64,000 nucleotides of DNA. Source: Eledone cirrhosa. Its lineage: Eukaryota. Positions 40,347-54,742 of this stretch are shown one piece after another (the stretch's first letter is position 1; each line of letters starts with the position of its first letter). The notes under the pieces were generated by a model. The model saw only the letters and a list, made by a program, of their open reading frames with translations. It had not been told where the DNA came from and did no database searches. The DNA lies in the NCBI GenBank assembly GCA_964016885.1, contig OZ024746.1:94798001-94862000 (forward strand). Direction: 5' to 3'. Both the position numbers and the translations under genes were made by a program.

Positions 40347-40397
<51 letters not shown>

Positions 40398-40422
40398 GTA
40401 TATATATATGTATATAATATAT

Positions 40423-40705
40423 AAGAACAAAAGATGGTTAAAGGAGTTCCATGTATTTTATTATGCGCATTTCAAAAACAAACATCATCATGCAATAATA
40501 TTTGTGTTTTCATCAGATAAAACAGGAGGACATGATATGAAGGCTAAAAAAACACTTGTGGATAGTGCAGTTTTAAATCAACATATGAGAAGTAGTTTTA
40601 GATTGATGTGTGATATTATGTATACTCCAGTCCTACAAACTGTAGAGTGCTTCTTATCCGATATCTGCATTGCTTTATTGTACTACAATAAAACTCACCT
40701 CCTAC

Positions 40706-40706
<1 letters not shown>
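40423..40706 (+). mobile_element. short copy of the PLE pseudo-LTR with inverted arm; hammerhead at 40454-40524(-)
   Basis: 3' end CACCTCCTACA|TATA as in the PLE; the inverted arm contains an intact hammerhead. Confidence 0.85.
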
Positions 40707-40737
<31 letters not shown>

Positions 40738-40751
40738 GTGTATATGTATAA

Positions 40752-40841
<90 letters not shown>

Positions 40842-40918
40842 GCAATGAGTTATTTAATTTGTAAGCAATTCCTTGAGTTCTAGTTTTGAATATGTCATTA
40901 TCTGTAAAACAACCTTTG

Positions 40919-40971
40919 TATTTTATCTGATGAGAACGTACCAAAAATTTTGAAATATATGTAATAAAATA
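40919..40971 (+). ncRNA. degenerate type I hammerhead (relative of the PLE HHR)
   Basis: tattttat-CTGATGA-..-GAAA-tatatg-TA-ataaaata; weak stem II. Confidence 0.55.
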
Positions 40972-41196
40972 AATATGGTTTTATAAAGATAGTTTCCATT
41001 TATTAATATTATTGATATATACATATATACATAGATAGATATATAAAGCAAGTTTGTTTTGAAACAGCAAGTGAAGTTTTAAATAAAGTAGAAATATCAG
41101 CTCACGCCGTATTTTGACTAAAGAAATTGGCTGAATGGAAACGGATCAGTATTGGCGTACATGGAAACCGAGCCCATATCTTTGGTTATCCAGACC

Positions 41197-41230
<34 letters not shown>

Positions 41231-42169
41231 ATGTCCTCGTCGTTATATACGTGTTGGTTATTTTAAACCTGGCGGTGACCATCCCCCTCCTGGTAAAAAC
41301 ACAACCAATTTATTCCAGAAAGCAAAAAAGTGAAAAAGAATTGAGAAAGATCAAAAACTCCACTGTTGAAAGGGTACTTTATTTATCGACCTCGAAAGGA
41401 TGAAATGAATAGTTGATCTCTGTAGGATTTGAAATCCGAGTTCAGCGAGCTTGAGCGAATACCGCGAATACCGCGAAGTATTCTATCCGACATTCTAACG
41501 ACTATGCCAACTATGATACAGACACGATACTTTACCATTCCGTGTGTAGAAATTTCGAGGCTGTTTCAAATAACAAATGAATACAATAAATCTTTATGAC
41601 GAGTAATTTGACGTTTACATTATTTTGATATCGTTCGGTGTTCATCGTCTCCCAGGATGTCTTTTGACTAGAAGAAAGCAGATTTATTAGCGTTGAAATA
41701 TATACATAAAAACCAATAATGGTTTCTACTTTAGGCAACATAATAATATACTGTTCATATAGTAATGAATAGAGTAGCTAAAGTATAAAGTTAATATACT
41801 GGCTTCTTCAGTTTACTAATATATCTTAATGACATGAAGACAGCGACAGTGAGAAGAAAATTGCAATAAAACTGATCACCAATTTATGGAACATATCGTG
41901 AAACTCTAATTAGAAATAGAAATATGTGCTGTGTAATGGCAAATCAATATCTTCTCAAGTGAGAATTATACAAAATATATGTTACTGATTGGGGCAAAAT
42001 AACCAACTTAAAATCGATTTGGTTTGTAAATTCGGTAGGAGAGGGAGCGTGCTTTAACGATTAATGTATTCGGATAACAAACATTACGTCGCCAACTTGA
42101 TTCCTGGCAATGCGCTGTGTCTTTGAGCAGGCTACTGCATTTCACGTGGGCTAGTAGTCCATCCTTTTT

Positions 42170-42465
42170 TTTCTTCTTTGCCTACTTATTCCCGAGAGGG
42201 TCCTGGCGGAAGAGTCTTCAAACACTCCTTCCAGCGGGTCCTATCAGAAGCAACCGTCTCCAACTGATCCAGCTGGATTCTCAAGCGAGACCAGCCAAGC
42301 TCATGGATGTTATCCAACCATCTTGCTTAGGGTCTATTCCTGGGTTTCCTGTCGGTTGGTTTTGCCCGTAAAATCTGTCCAGCGATTCTTTCTTGAGACA
42401 TTCTAACCACATGTCCATAATATCGTAGCTGTGATTTCTCAATTCGGAGAAGTAGTGGTTCTACC
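42170..42465 (-). mobile_element. RTE LINE 3' end
   Basis: matches 28640-28920. Confidence 0.75.
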
Positions 42466-42539
42466 TGATGCAACACTAAAGCAAACTACTTAAATATAAA
42501 AATCACTCATAATTTTTTTAACCCTCCATCGATTTCGGA

Positions 42540-42815
42540 GGGAAAGTTCAAGTTTGTTATGAACCCAGAGACTCAACAGACCGGATTTTATCCCTGTTTC
42601 ATGAAACGTAAAATGATTCAGAGCACAAGACTTCCCCTAAACGATACGACAATCCATTGTAAAGTTAACCAGAAGCTCCTACTGTATTTACACATTTTTC
42701 TTTGCAGCTGAACTGACTGGAGCAACGTGAAATGAAATGTCTTGCTCAAGGAATATTCAGACCGAAGCCTTCGATTATAAGCCAAAGAACCTAACCCCTA
42801 GGTCGCGCTCCTTCA
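42540..42815 (-). mobile_element. CORE-type SINE (family 2)
   Basis: GACTGGAGCAACGTGAAATGAAATGTCTTGCTCAAGGA, the reverse of the CORE-like segment. Confidence 0.6.
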
Positions 42816-44366
42816 CCCAATGAGAAGATGCTTCAATTTCTCTCTAAAACCAATTCTCAGGTATATGGTTCTCGTATTATGCAAACTTCAGGCAACAATT
42901 GAATTTATGGCAATTTCAGAAGCTTTTTATTCAAAAGCCAATGACTTATTATTTATAACTAAAACAAAGTGTTTTATATTAGTATCGAACAGCTCTACAT
43001 TAATTACACTATCTCTTCTTAGAAATTCTGGTTCTTAATATAGAATGGTGAAGTTAAACTGTAGTAGCAAATTTAATTCGTCGGCCGATTTAACACCAAA
43101 ATCAGATGTTCAGTTGCTTGCTGTAAGCATTCGGACCGGCTCTTTTGCCTGAAAATAACTCATTATTTTGATTTGCAATCTCCAATTGTAGAAACACATG
43201 GATCGTCTTTTCTCCATACTTTTCCCTCACTAGTCTCACAGGCGCTGAAGTCATTGAAAAATAAGGTAATAGTTGACTTTCGTAATAGTTTCTTAATGGC
43301 ATCGTATTATATAATGGAGAATTGATTGGATGTTCCATCAAAACTAAGAAAACAATAATTGTAAAAGATATACATAAAAATATATATTGTGGCTCAACGA
43401 CAATGAGAAATTGGTTGAAATTAGTAATATGATGCCCAGCTTATTACTGTAAAGATACTGTATATGTAAAATGTAGGACATCTGCTTGAATAAAACTGGA
43501 ATTCCCTCGCAGAGTTCACACAATCTACATAAATTAAAGAATGGATACATGTGCTTATGGTTCACGCGCGTGTCAATAAGGTAGGTCTATTCTTTATTAC
43601 TCATGCATGCTGTGGATTGTTAGAAGATTTAAAGAATATTTGCCAAGCAAATGTCTTATTAATGCATAATTAAACCGCATGATTTTCAATTAGCCATTTA
43701 CATTGATAGGCGGATAAATACGATCAACAATACCTATGGAAATGCAGCTTCAGTTTGGTATTGCTGCAGAAGAAATGGTGTGTGTGTGTGTGTGTTGAAA
43801 TTAATAAATTATGAAAATGCAGCTTCACTTTGGTATTACTGCAGTATGTGTGATGAACCGGTTTCGTCGGAGAGCGTTGAAGGAAATGAAAATGACTTCT
43901 TAGAAAATTAGGAAACATATGTCGCCATAAATATTGAAAGGGGGAAGGGAGAAAGAGAGAGATATGTAAAGGAGGAGGTGTGACGAACAGACAGACGCAG
44001 AGAGAGTGAAATAGTAAGAAAGATGTCACGGGTAATAAAATGGCGGTGAATATAAAAATTAACGGTACGAAAAATGTCGGCGGACATTTTTACCTAATAA
44101 ATTATTTTAATAGCAAGAGATTGGTTTCATTCAAGATAACTTCCGCACGCTTGTTCCCTCTCTCTCGCTCTCTTTCCCTTCCCCTCTTCCTCTCTTTCTC
44201 TCCCTCTCTCTCTCGTCGTCTTATTCTGCACACTCCCATTCCTTTCTCTCCTCTCTTGTCCTCTTCTCTTCCCGTCTTTCTCTTTCTCCTCCCCCTCGCC
44301 TTTGTATTCTCCTCTCTTGCTCTCCCAATCTTCTCTCTTCCTGTTTCTTTCTTTACTGTCAAGTAA

Positions 44367-44577
44367 CGAGGGTCGGCTGAAAAGTTAATAGACTCACTAT
44401 GAAGGAATGATGCCAGAGCTGTGAAATTGTCCATGTATTAATTTCAACTCTTCTTATTAATATATTAACAATTGGATTGTTTCTTTCCAGGGACTTTCCA
44501 TGTTGAAATATAACCCTCATTTGGGTCATTCTTTAAGAGTATATTAGTCAGCCTATGAACTTTTCAGCCGACCTTTG
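44367..44577. mobile_element. mariner-type MITE
   Basis: TIRs CGAGGGTCGGCTGAAAAGTTAATAGACT / GTCAGCCTATGAACTTTTCAGCCGACCTTTG. Confidence 0.75.
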
Positions 44578-44645
44578 TGTGTGTGTGTATATATATATAT
44601 ATAAAGAAATTTTTAGAGAGAAAATAAGTGTATAATATATATATA

Positions 44646-44704
<59 letters not shown>

Positions 44705-44709
<5 letters not shown>

Positions 44710-45131
44710 GGGTAAAATTCCCGAGATCCATGGACGAGTTCTCTCCAGCGGTCTCTGTCCCTCATCATCGCTGCCATGTCCTGCATCTCCAAGTTACCAG
44801 TGTCTGTCCTTAAGACATGAACATATGTCAACCTCGATCTCCCTCTTCCAGTGTGTCCATGTAGGGGCTCCCACTGGAGCACTGAGTGCAGTGTCAACTC
44901 TGGATGTTGGTGAGCATGTCCAGCTAACCTCAGTCTCCTCTGCATCACTTTTGAGCTGACTTTTGGGAGGCTCCCGTACAGCTCTGTGTTTTTCATCCTC
45001 AGTGTATACTGATTAATGTTCAGAGCCATCCTCAGCATTCTCGTGTAGCACCCATCCACCATCTGAGTGAGTTTCTTGGTCAGTGTCCAAGTCTCAGACC
45101 TGTACAGCAGCACAGACTTCACTGCAGCAAT
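44705..45131 (-). mobile_element. RTE-type LINE C-terminal fragment
   Basis: SVLLYRSETWTLTK..YTRMLRMALN..RRLRLAGH..GRGRSRLTY..DRDRWRELV. Confidence 0.8.
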
Positions 45132-45236
45132 GTATTATATATATTATACACTTATTTTCTCTCTAAAAATTTCTTTTTCGTTTCTGCCACTGCCCGTCTC
45201 TCCAATCTTTCTATTTCTTCTTTAATTTCTCATTCT

Positions 45237-45272
45237 ATTTTATGATGAAGGACAAGCGTCCGAAACGTTGCA
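45237..45272 (+). ncRNA. degenerate minimal hammerhead
   Basis: ATGATGA (C3 mutated)-ggac aagc gtcc-GAAA-cg-TT. Confidence 0.5.
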
Positions 45273-45457
45273 ACTCCTTTTCTACTATATCAATGTTTCT
45301 TCATTGTATTGTATCGTTTGCTTTGTTTTCTTCTGTTTGCCTTTTGCATATATATATATATCTCGCCGACTGAATAGGCACCTGTGTTTCTTTTCTCCCC
45401 AGTTTCTTTTTTTTTTTTTTTTTTGCATCTTCCGCATCCCTTCTATTCCTAACTCTA

Positions 45458-45493
45458 TCTTCTGATGAAAGATTAATGTCCGAAACGTTAAGA
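45458..45493 (+). ncRNA. minimal type I hammerhead
   Basis: tctt-CTGATGA-imperfect stem II-GAAA-cg-TT-aaga. Confidence 0.65.
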
Positions 45494-45590
45494 CTCTCTT
45501 CCTACTATTTCAATCGTTAAACTAATATATTTCTTCCATGTACTGTGCCGTTTGTTTGATTATTTTTGTTATTTCTCTTTTACCTTTTAT

Positions 45591-45692
<102 letters not shown>

Positions 45693-45759
45693 GTATATAT
45701 ACATACTTTGATTTTTTTCTTTTAATTAATTTGTATAAATTTAATTAATTTGTATAAAT

Positions 45760-45802
45760 ACGTTGCTGACGATAGCTAATAAGCTTGAAACTAGTACAGC
45801 GT
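45760..45802 (+). ncRNA. minimal type I hammerhead
   Basis: acgttg-CTGACGA-agct aata agct-GAAA-ctag (palindrome)-TA-cagcgt; GUA triplet. Confidence 0.85.
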
Positions 45803-46119
45803 TCCTTTGTCAGTGTTGAACAAACGAGCAACGATGGTTGCTGGACACTACGGCTTAATACGGGATGTTTGTTTACAAACACACCGAGCATTATAATAAA
45901 TGTTCGGTGAATCCATACGTACATATATATATGTGTGCATGTATGTATATATATGTGTACATACTACTGTACGTCTGTATACATATATGTATGTACGTGT
46001 ACATACTTATATTTATATATATATATATATCCATCTATATTTGTTAGTTATATTATTTCAATCGTTCAGAATACTTAACAATATCACTTTTAACTCTTCC
46101 ATAAGTCTACCACCAACAC

Positions 46120-47620
46120 CTTAACACCCTCACCACCACCACCATCTCAACACAACACCAACACCGCCACCACCTCAACACAACACCCTCACCCCCATCA
46201 CATCAACACAACACCACCACCACCACCACCTCAACACAATACCTCCACCACCTCAACGCAACACCACCACCATACGCCACAACACCACATCACGCAACAC
46301 CACACCAACACCACACCACACCACACTACACCACACCAACACCACACCACACCATATCACACCACAACACACCACACCACACCACACCACACTACACCAC
46401 AACACACCACACCACACCACACAACACAACAACACAACACCACACCACACCCACACCCACACCACACCAACACAACACGACACCAACACCACAACAACAC
46501 AACACAACACCAACACCAACACCAACACCAACACAACGCCACACCAACACCACACCAACATAACACAACACAACACAACACCACACCAACACAACACAAC
46601 ACAACACAACACAACACTACATACCACCACACCACATTCCACACTCACACCATACCACACTCACACCATACCACACCAACACCATACCATACCAACACCA
46701 ACCTCAACACAACACCACACCACACCAACACAACACCAACACCAACACAACACAACACAACACAACACAACACAACACCACACCAACACAACACAACACA
46801 ACACAACACAACACAACACAACACAACACAACACAACACAACACCACACCAACACAACACAACACAACACAACACAACACAACACAACACTACATACCAC
46901 CACACCACATACCACACTTACACCATACCACACTCACACCATACCACTCTCACACCATACTACACTCACACCACACTACACTCACACCATACCGCACTCA
47001 CACCATACCACACCAACACCGTACCACACCAACACCAACCACAACACAACACAACACAACACAACACTACATACCACCACACCACATACGACACTCACAC
47101 CATACCACACTCACACCATACCACACCAACACCACACCGCACTCACACCATACCACACCAACACCATACCACACCAACACCAACCACAACCACAACACAA
47201 CACAACACTCACACCATACCACACTCACACCATACCACACTCACACCATACCACACCAACACCACACCGCACTCACATCATACCACACCAACACCATACC
47301 ACACTAACACCAACCACAACCACAACACAACACAACACTACATACCACCACACCACATACCACACTCACACCATACCACACTCACACCATACCGCACTCA
47401 CACCATACCACACCAACACCAACCACAACCACAACACAACACAACACTCACACCATACCACACTCACACCATACCACACTCACACCATACCACACCAACA
47501 CCACACCGCACTCACACCATACCACACTCACACCATACCACACTCACACCATACCACACTCACACCATACCACACTCACACCATACCACACTCACACCAT
47601 ACAACACCACACCACATCAC
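46120..47620. repeat. (ACACC/ACAAC) pentanucleotide-derived array
   Basis: 5-bp period with CACACTCACACCATAC higher-order units. Confidence 0.95.
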
Positions 47621-48009
47621 CAGCACCTCCATTAACCAACCTAAATCACTATGCACATACACATATTCATGGAATCTTTGTTCCACCCCTTCACGTCCCT
47701 CCCACCACTGAAATTCTCAGAATCAGACACACACATCTTCCTCTTACTGACAAAACCATCTCGCCTTCCACGTCAATCCTACTATTACATGGTTGTTTGA
47801 CCTGTTAGACGTAGCAGCCAAATTTCTATGAAATCACGTCTTTCCATGGTGATAAGGAAAACTCGAAAAATAAATAAATAAACGGGATGGACACATTGGA
47901 TAATGTAATCCTTAGTACACTTATCCTGAATAAAACATGAGATAGTTAATAGAAGATTGGCATGCATGTGGTTCTAGATCTGTTCAGAGTTGACTAGGGG
48001 CTAAAGTTT

Positions 48010-48830
48010 AACAGTAACAACAACAGTAGCAACAGCAGCAAATACAACAACAGTAACAACAACAATAACCGCAGCAACAACAACAGTAACAACAGTAACA
48101 ACAGCAGCAAATACAACAACAGTAACAACAACAATAACCGCAGCAACAACAACAGTAACAACAGTAACAACAGCAGCAAATACATCAACAGTAACAACAA
48201 CAATAACCGCAATAACAACAGCAACAACAACAGTAGCAACAGCAGCAAATACAACAACAGTAACAACAACAATAACCGCAGCAACAACAACAGTAACAAC
48301 AGTAACAACAGCAGCAAATACATCAACAGTAACAACAACAATAACCGCAACAACAACAGCAACAACAACAGTAGCAACAGCAGCAAATACAACAACAGTA
48401 ACAACAACAATTACCGCAATAACAACAACAACAGTAACAACAACAGCAGCAAATACAACAACAACAGCAGCAGCAACAGTAGTAGCAACAACAGCAGTAG
48501 TAACAGCAGCAACAACAACAGTAACAACAACAGCAGCAAAAACAACAACAACAGCAGCAGCAACAGTAGTAGCAACAACAGCAGTAGTAACAGCAGCAAC
48601 AACAACAGTAACAACAACAGTAGCAAATACAACAACAACAGCAGCAGCAACAGTAGTAGCAACAACAGCAGTAGTAACAGCAGCAACAACAACAGTAACA
48701 ACAACAGTAGCAAATACAACAACAACAGCAGCAGCAACAGTAGTAGCAACAACAGCAGTAGTAACAGTAGCAGCAACAACAACAGTAGTAACAACAGCAG
48801 CAACAACAACAACAACAACTGAAATAACAA
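48010..48830. repeat. (AAC/AGC/AGT) trinucleotide array with higher-order units
   Basis: repeated CAGCAAATACAAC unit. Confidence 0.95.
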
Positions 48831-49665
48831 CAAGACAACAGCCCTAACAACAGCAGCAACAATAGAGGTAGATGATCTCCCTTCCATTGCTGCCATCACT
48901 TCAGATAGATACACCCCCCCCCCCCCCCTTCACAGCAACACATCTGTTTCTCTTCCGCTTCCGTCGTCATCAAAACGAGGTCGGTCCGTGTGGCCTGCTA
49001 ATAGATTCCACATGCTGCAAGTGATCCGTGAACTGATCAGCTTAGTTCAAAGGTGCAGAAAGGAATCCTCCCGCCTCTACCACCATCACCTTCTCCTTCT
49101 CCACTTCTTTCACCCACTCCCCTCTTCCTCCTCTTTCACCCCCTCCCCCTCTTTCACCACCACCACCACCTCCTCCTCCCCCTTCTTCTTCTTCTTCTTC
49201 TTCTTCTTCTTGCTGTAGTCATGTTATCGTAGCTCTCTCGCTCTCTTCCTCCTCCCACCCTATCTCTCTTGTTCTCCTCTTCACTCTCCACCTCTCTCTA
49301 CCCCTCTCTCACTCACCCACTTCTCTCACTCTCACTCTCCTCTCTCTTCCCTCTCTTCTCCTCCCTCTCTCCTTCCCCTCTATCGTTTTCCTCCTCTCTC
49401 TCTCTCGCTCTCCTTCACTCTCATTCTCTCACGTACACTCTTACTACCCCCCTCCCCGGTTGTTATTTTATTTCCCCTCTGCCCCCTCCATCATATAATA
49501 CGTAGTTAATCTCTCTGACCTTCACCAAGTGCTAGGGTGATAAAGTTAATATAAAGAGTGGAATACTCATGCACGGAAATGCTATAAAATTGCTTATAAA
49601 ATAGGGTGAGAACGATTGGAGAAGGAAAACGAAGTTGAAATCGTATTGTTTAAGAGAGTTATATC

Positions 49666-49735
49666 TTATTTAAGTCTGATGAATCCTAATATTGAGCTTT
49701 TAATATTACGGATGAAACAAGCGTAAATTAAAATA
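49666..49735 (+). ncRNA. type I hammerhead upstream of (TA)n
   Basis: CTGATGA at 49676; stem II atcctaatatt/aatatta(c)ggat; GAAA-c aagc g-TA; stem I AT-rich with one mismatch. Confidence 0.65.
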
Positions 49736-49766
49736 TGATATAGTTAGCAGTGTTTGACTTATTTTT

Positions 49767-49823
<57 letters not shown>

Positions 49824-49824
<1 letters not shown>

Positions 49825-50390
49825 GTGGGAAAGTAAGAAATCGGAGAATAGACCGTTAAAACATGTTTATTTAAAATATCACCTACGTACGTTTCGCCCA
49901 GTTGGGCTTCTCAAGGGCATAAATAATCACAAGTGTTCCTTATATTGCTCGGAAAGAGTTTTGGGGGTTAAATCCACATCAAGGTTCATTGCTCGCAAAA
50001 ATATCTTGTTTTGATTTTGCAGCAGGTCAAGGGAGGTAACTCTGGCCGGTGTTAGGGCAGTCTTTCCCGGACAAATTTTTTTTTTTTTTTTTTTTTCTTT
50101 CCGAGCAATATAAGGAACACTTGTGATTATTTATGCCCTTCTGAAGCCCAACTGGGCGAAACGTACGTAGGTGATATTTTAAATAAACATGTTTTAACGG
50201 TCTATTCTCCGATTTTTTACTTTTCCACGTGCTTACGCTCTGCTAACTCTCTAGCCCACTAAATATTAACACTTCGAATATTTAATACTGCCGGCACTAG
50301 TATCGAGCACCTTTGGCATACGCTACTTGGCAAATAACTATATGTATCACCTATCCCACCTTTTTTTCTCTTTCTCGATACGTAAATACT
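49824..50390 (+). mobile_element. (TA)n element with inverted arm carrying a variant hammerhead
   Basis: inverted arm 49824-50080, main arm 50097-50390; mirror-image copy at 57549-58190. Confidence 0.82.
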
Positions 50391-50559
50391 ATATATATAT
50401 ATATATATAAGGACGATTTGTTATGTCTTCATTGAGTTTATTGAGTAGTAACGTGCGTCTCGCTATTGATCAGCTCAAGGTTCGATCTGTATCAATCTAA
50501 GCCAACTCAAAAGCTCGTCGGACCTCTGCTGTGAACCTAGAGTAACTGGGCGTTACAAT

Positions 50560-50605
<46 letters not shown>

Positions 50606-51169
50606 CACACGCTCCCACTGTTTCTTTGTTTTGTTTTTTTCTATGTTGAAGAGCCACACGTTTCAGCTTTGATCTTCTGTTACTTGACGTCACACAATTA
50701 AATGCACACACACACACACACACACACACAGACAGACACAGACGCATTCAGACACACACACACACTCCACTAATTTATAGACGCTTGTGAGCAAAGCGGC
50801 AAATTACTCAAATATACTAATTCATAACCTACGTACGCTGTTACCCTAGTTAAATATATATGCGCGCGTGTGTGTGTATGTATATACGTATATATACATG
50901 TATTCATATATATGGTTGATTCTACTGTCCATGACTTCTTTTCACTGTCTCAAATCACTACGTCTGGTCTATGTTTGCATTTCATTTCGGTTTTGACTGG
51001 AACATTCCATCAGTACTCTTTCATATTATCTGTGCATATGTCTTCCACATCACTGTAATTTTTTTATTTGTTTATTCTCAGGGCTATCCTTTCTTTGAAT
51101 AGCGGCTCTGACATGGGTGACATCTTCCATGTTAATGTAGCAGGGTCTTCATCGGTTATCACATCTAGG

Positions 51170-54100
51170 TGTTTTGCCTGCATCCCTATCTCTTTTGTAC
51201 ATTAGGTATTTTGTATTGATTTCCTATTCTTGAATTACAAAAGCATACATATCCTTCAAAGTGAGAACCAATATACCAGTTGTTGGTCCAAGGTAGACTA
51301 CTTTGCTTGTCTATATTACTCTCATTTTGGAGCCTCTTGGAAACATACAGAAGTTTTTGCTGATAAACATGGAACTTTCTATCCATGGTATTGCTGTGCA
51401 ATTTCCTTGTATGTGAGTTTTTGTTTATCACGCATCGAGTATTTCCCAAAGATCTCCTTCCAAACTCCCATGATGTTCTCTGCCTCGTGTAAACAGACTT
51501 GCTCTATAAATGCTTTTCTACGTTTAGTGTTTGTATATGTTGTTAGAGGTGTATGATGCGACACTCAAATGTTGTTTGGAATGATGTTAAGCCTCTGCTT
51601 TGTTGTTCATATTTCAGGCTGAGTCGGTCTATATCACCGGTGCTGATTAAAATTTTTCAGATTTTCACATCAATGGCCCAGATCTTATCTAGCGCCCAGT
51701 CAAGGAGTCCAAATGTTGGTGTCAGCCACAGGCACAACAAACACATTGCGGGCTACTGATTTATTGTATGCAGACAGAGAGTTTACAAGGTCATATATTT
51801 TTCTTATTCAGCTGTTATATTCCTTGGTTACTCGTTCCTTGTTACAAATTCCTTCATAGGATATATTTTCATCTATTCCTAAGTATCTGTAGCATTCCCC
51901 TTCAGACACCGATGAAACAGTTAGGTCATTGATAGAGATGTTGCTAGATTAGCTTGTAGTTTTTCCTCGTTTTACAAACATATAGTAACATTTATCCTGG
52001 CAAAACTCTATTCCTATGTCTTTCGAGAACATTGTAAACAAATCGAAGTTTTTCTTTATACCATTTATATTCTTGACATCAAGTTTCAAGTGATTCACAA
52101 AGAAGCTGTTTTAGGTTTGTGTTTCTGGCCTGCTGTGAACCAGTTACATAACCTTCATATTTCCTCAGCATAACTAGCATCACAGTGAGGCTCCTTAAAA
52201 TATACCCCCTGCCATATTTTATTTTATATATTACTCCTCCTACTTCAGGATATTGACCCAGGAAGAAGATATGTTTTCTATGCTTCTGATAATGGTTTCT
52301 GGGACTTTAACAAGTCGAAGGGCCTCTAGCATCCAAGAGTGGGGAATCCAATGCTTTCCTGTAGTCCAGCCAGACTGTAACCGAGTTCGTCCTATGTCGC
52401 CTCACCTCTTACATCGCGTTTTTTTTTAATTAAGAGTTGCTCAACACATCTGAAACTCCTTCCTCTTAGCTGCCTGCTCATCTGTAATGATATTGTTATT
52501 GTCACAGTGATCCTGGAGTAATATATTCAGACAGGCTCCATATATTTTATACATTAGGTTCTGGCATAGGTCGGTGATTTTTGGCAAGTGGGTTTCTTTT
52601 TGGTAGTGGTGGTGGGGTTCAATATTCTTCCTGCTAATGTCAACCATCCTGATATATATACATCTCACTTGAAAGCTTGCTGGGAGATGATGATAAGATA
52701 CATTGGATAGAAAGTCAGTTGTTGTACCAGTAGCCTACAATCAAGTCTCTTCTTGAAGTTTTCCTATCACAGTCTCAAGGGTATCATCATTGATACTATA
52801 TGCTTTTGGTGTAATGCAGGGGCAATAGTTCGTTCGTTCAATCACACAGAATCCTGGTTGTATTTCTTCCCCCCCCCCCCCATATTTTTCTCAAGAATGA
52901 ATCTGTGTCTTTTTGGGATAGGGCCTTACTGACATTTATTGATTGACTATTCATATCTATATAGACTGATGTTTGGTTTCGGCTGACTCTTTTATTAATT
53001 ATTTTCTTTTCAGCTAGTCTTTTCTGATGTTGGAGTTCCTCGCTAACAGCTCTCAATTCTTGTTTGAGGGTCACCGACTTGCATTTAAGAGTTCTGCTTG
53101 TACTGTCTCCAAACATCATTTCTATTATATTTTTTACTCTTTGTTGGTGAGGAGTAATTTTTTTTTTTTTTTTTTACTTGTGATAAATATTGTCACATAG
53201 CCTATATATTTCAAAAGGTCAGCGATCTTTTTCTATTTTATATACGATGAGATTTTTTGTGTTGTTTTGTTTCTTTTAACATCTAGATGATGCCTCATTG
53301 TCGCTGCCAGGGCATATAGACAAATGTTAATTTGCAAAAATTTGACGTAAATTTTCACCTTCAATTTTGTCGATAGCTCGCAGAATTTCATTATTTGGTT
53401 TCTTGTTTAATATTCTCGTTTTATGTCTTTTTTTTTGAGAGAGAGAGAGAGAACGTTTCATACAGATATTAATTTTTGTTTGGAAAGTTACGCCGATGAT
53501 ATTTTAATTGTTTATACTCTTCACTTTCACAGTTAATTGTAGACTTATTTTCATTGACGGTATTTAGATGTTCGTGATTAATGTGACTGGGAAATATAGT
53601 AGTTGAAGTATAGGATGTTGTGACGCATCGTGTCAAATATGTCGCCCGTATCGCTGTTTCAAGAGACCGTTTGTGTATTGCGATGGCCGGATTGGTTGCA
53701 AAAAAAGAAAAAGAAGCTAGTAATATGGCGGTCTGTTGTGATACGTGATGATTGCATGTCCTATCTAGAGAACTGCTCACTTAGTGTTGTTATATAAGAG
53801 GTTTCACACTTTCATTATTGTTTAAAATAATGTTAATATTATTTTTACGTTCGACAAACGTTACTTGGCGAAATTGTTTGGCTGTGAAATAATTTAGCTC
53901 TGGTTGAAGTTCCTCCTAGTGTGGCTTCATTTTTTTTTTTTTTTTTTTTTGCCATTTTATAACGATTAAACAGGTTTTTATTGAGTTTGTAGTTCCAAGA
54001 AAATTGTTATTTTAGTTTCGGTTCTTTCTGTAACTACAACTAAAAAAATTTTGTTTTTCCTTTTATCGTTGTTGCTTTTCGTCGATTCAGTGTTGTTGAT

Positions 54101-54290
54101 GTTGTCGTGTCCAACCATTTTGTTTATAGTAAATCTTTGTAAAGTTAATTCAGTACTGAGACGGTTATCTCTACGATGTCAGTGAATATGATCACAAGAA
54201 TATCCAGTTATTTAATAAGGCTGGTAGTTGAGGCATTAGTGTTGGAGATAGTATTCATCTTGAATTTAATGAATAGTCTTCCTACGTCAT
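51170..54290 (-). mobile_element. long decayed R4/Dong-like LINE
   Basis: minus strand: SFFVNHLKL (FVDD-like), ITDEQAA, QQYHG, SHFEGY; same family as 15290-16120 and 16680-19060. Confidence 0.7.
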
Positions 54291-54681
54291 ATGCTCACAT
54301 TGAAGGCTATGTATGTAGACATACATGCGTGTATGTATGTCATTAAACATTGTGATGAATTCCAGCTTTATAATATTAAATCCGTAAATGCCAAATCTTT
54401 AAGAAATTTGAACAATTACCTGAATTGATGTCTATTTATTGTGGAAGAAAATTCCAACATGATAAATACAACAATCCTGGTTAATATAAAGCTTTACTTC
54501 ACATCAAAAGAGGAAAAATACGACTGCTTTGAAACGTAAATGCCATCGATTATAGAGTTCACAAATGATTATAGTGTACAATAAGGCCTCGTTGTTGAGC
54601 AGTCACTTTTTTTACGTTGGGATGTTCCCTTAAAAAGTGACAAGTTTGTAGTCAGACAATTGTGTTGCCAGCAACAGCAGC

Positions 54682-54742
<61 letters not shown>

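Noticed and set aside
41100-41165. acgcc..GAAAC..GTA-ttggcgt, resembling a decayed hammerhead
   Set aside because: CUGANGA box missing and stem II unclear
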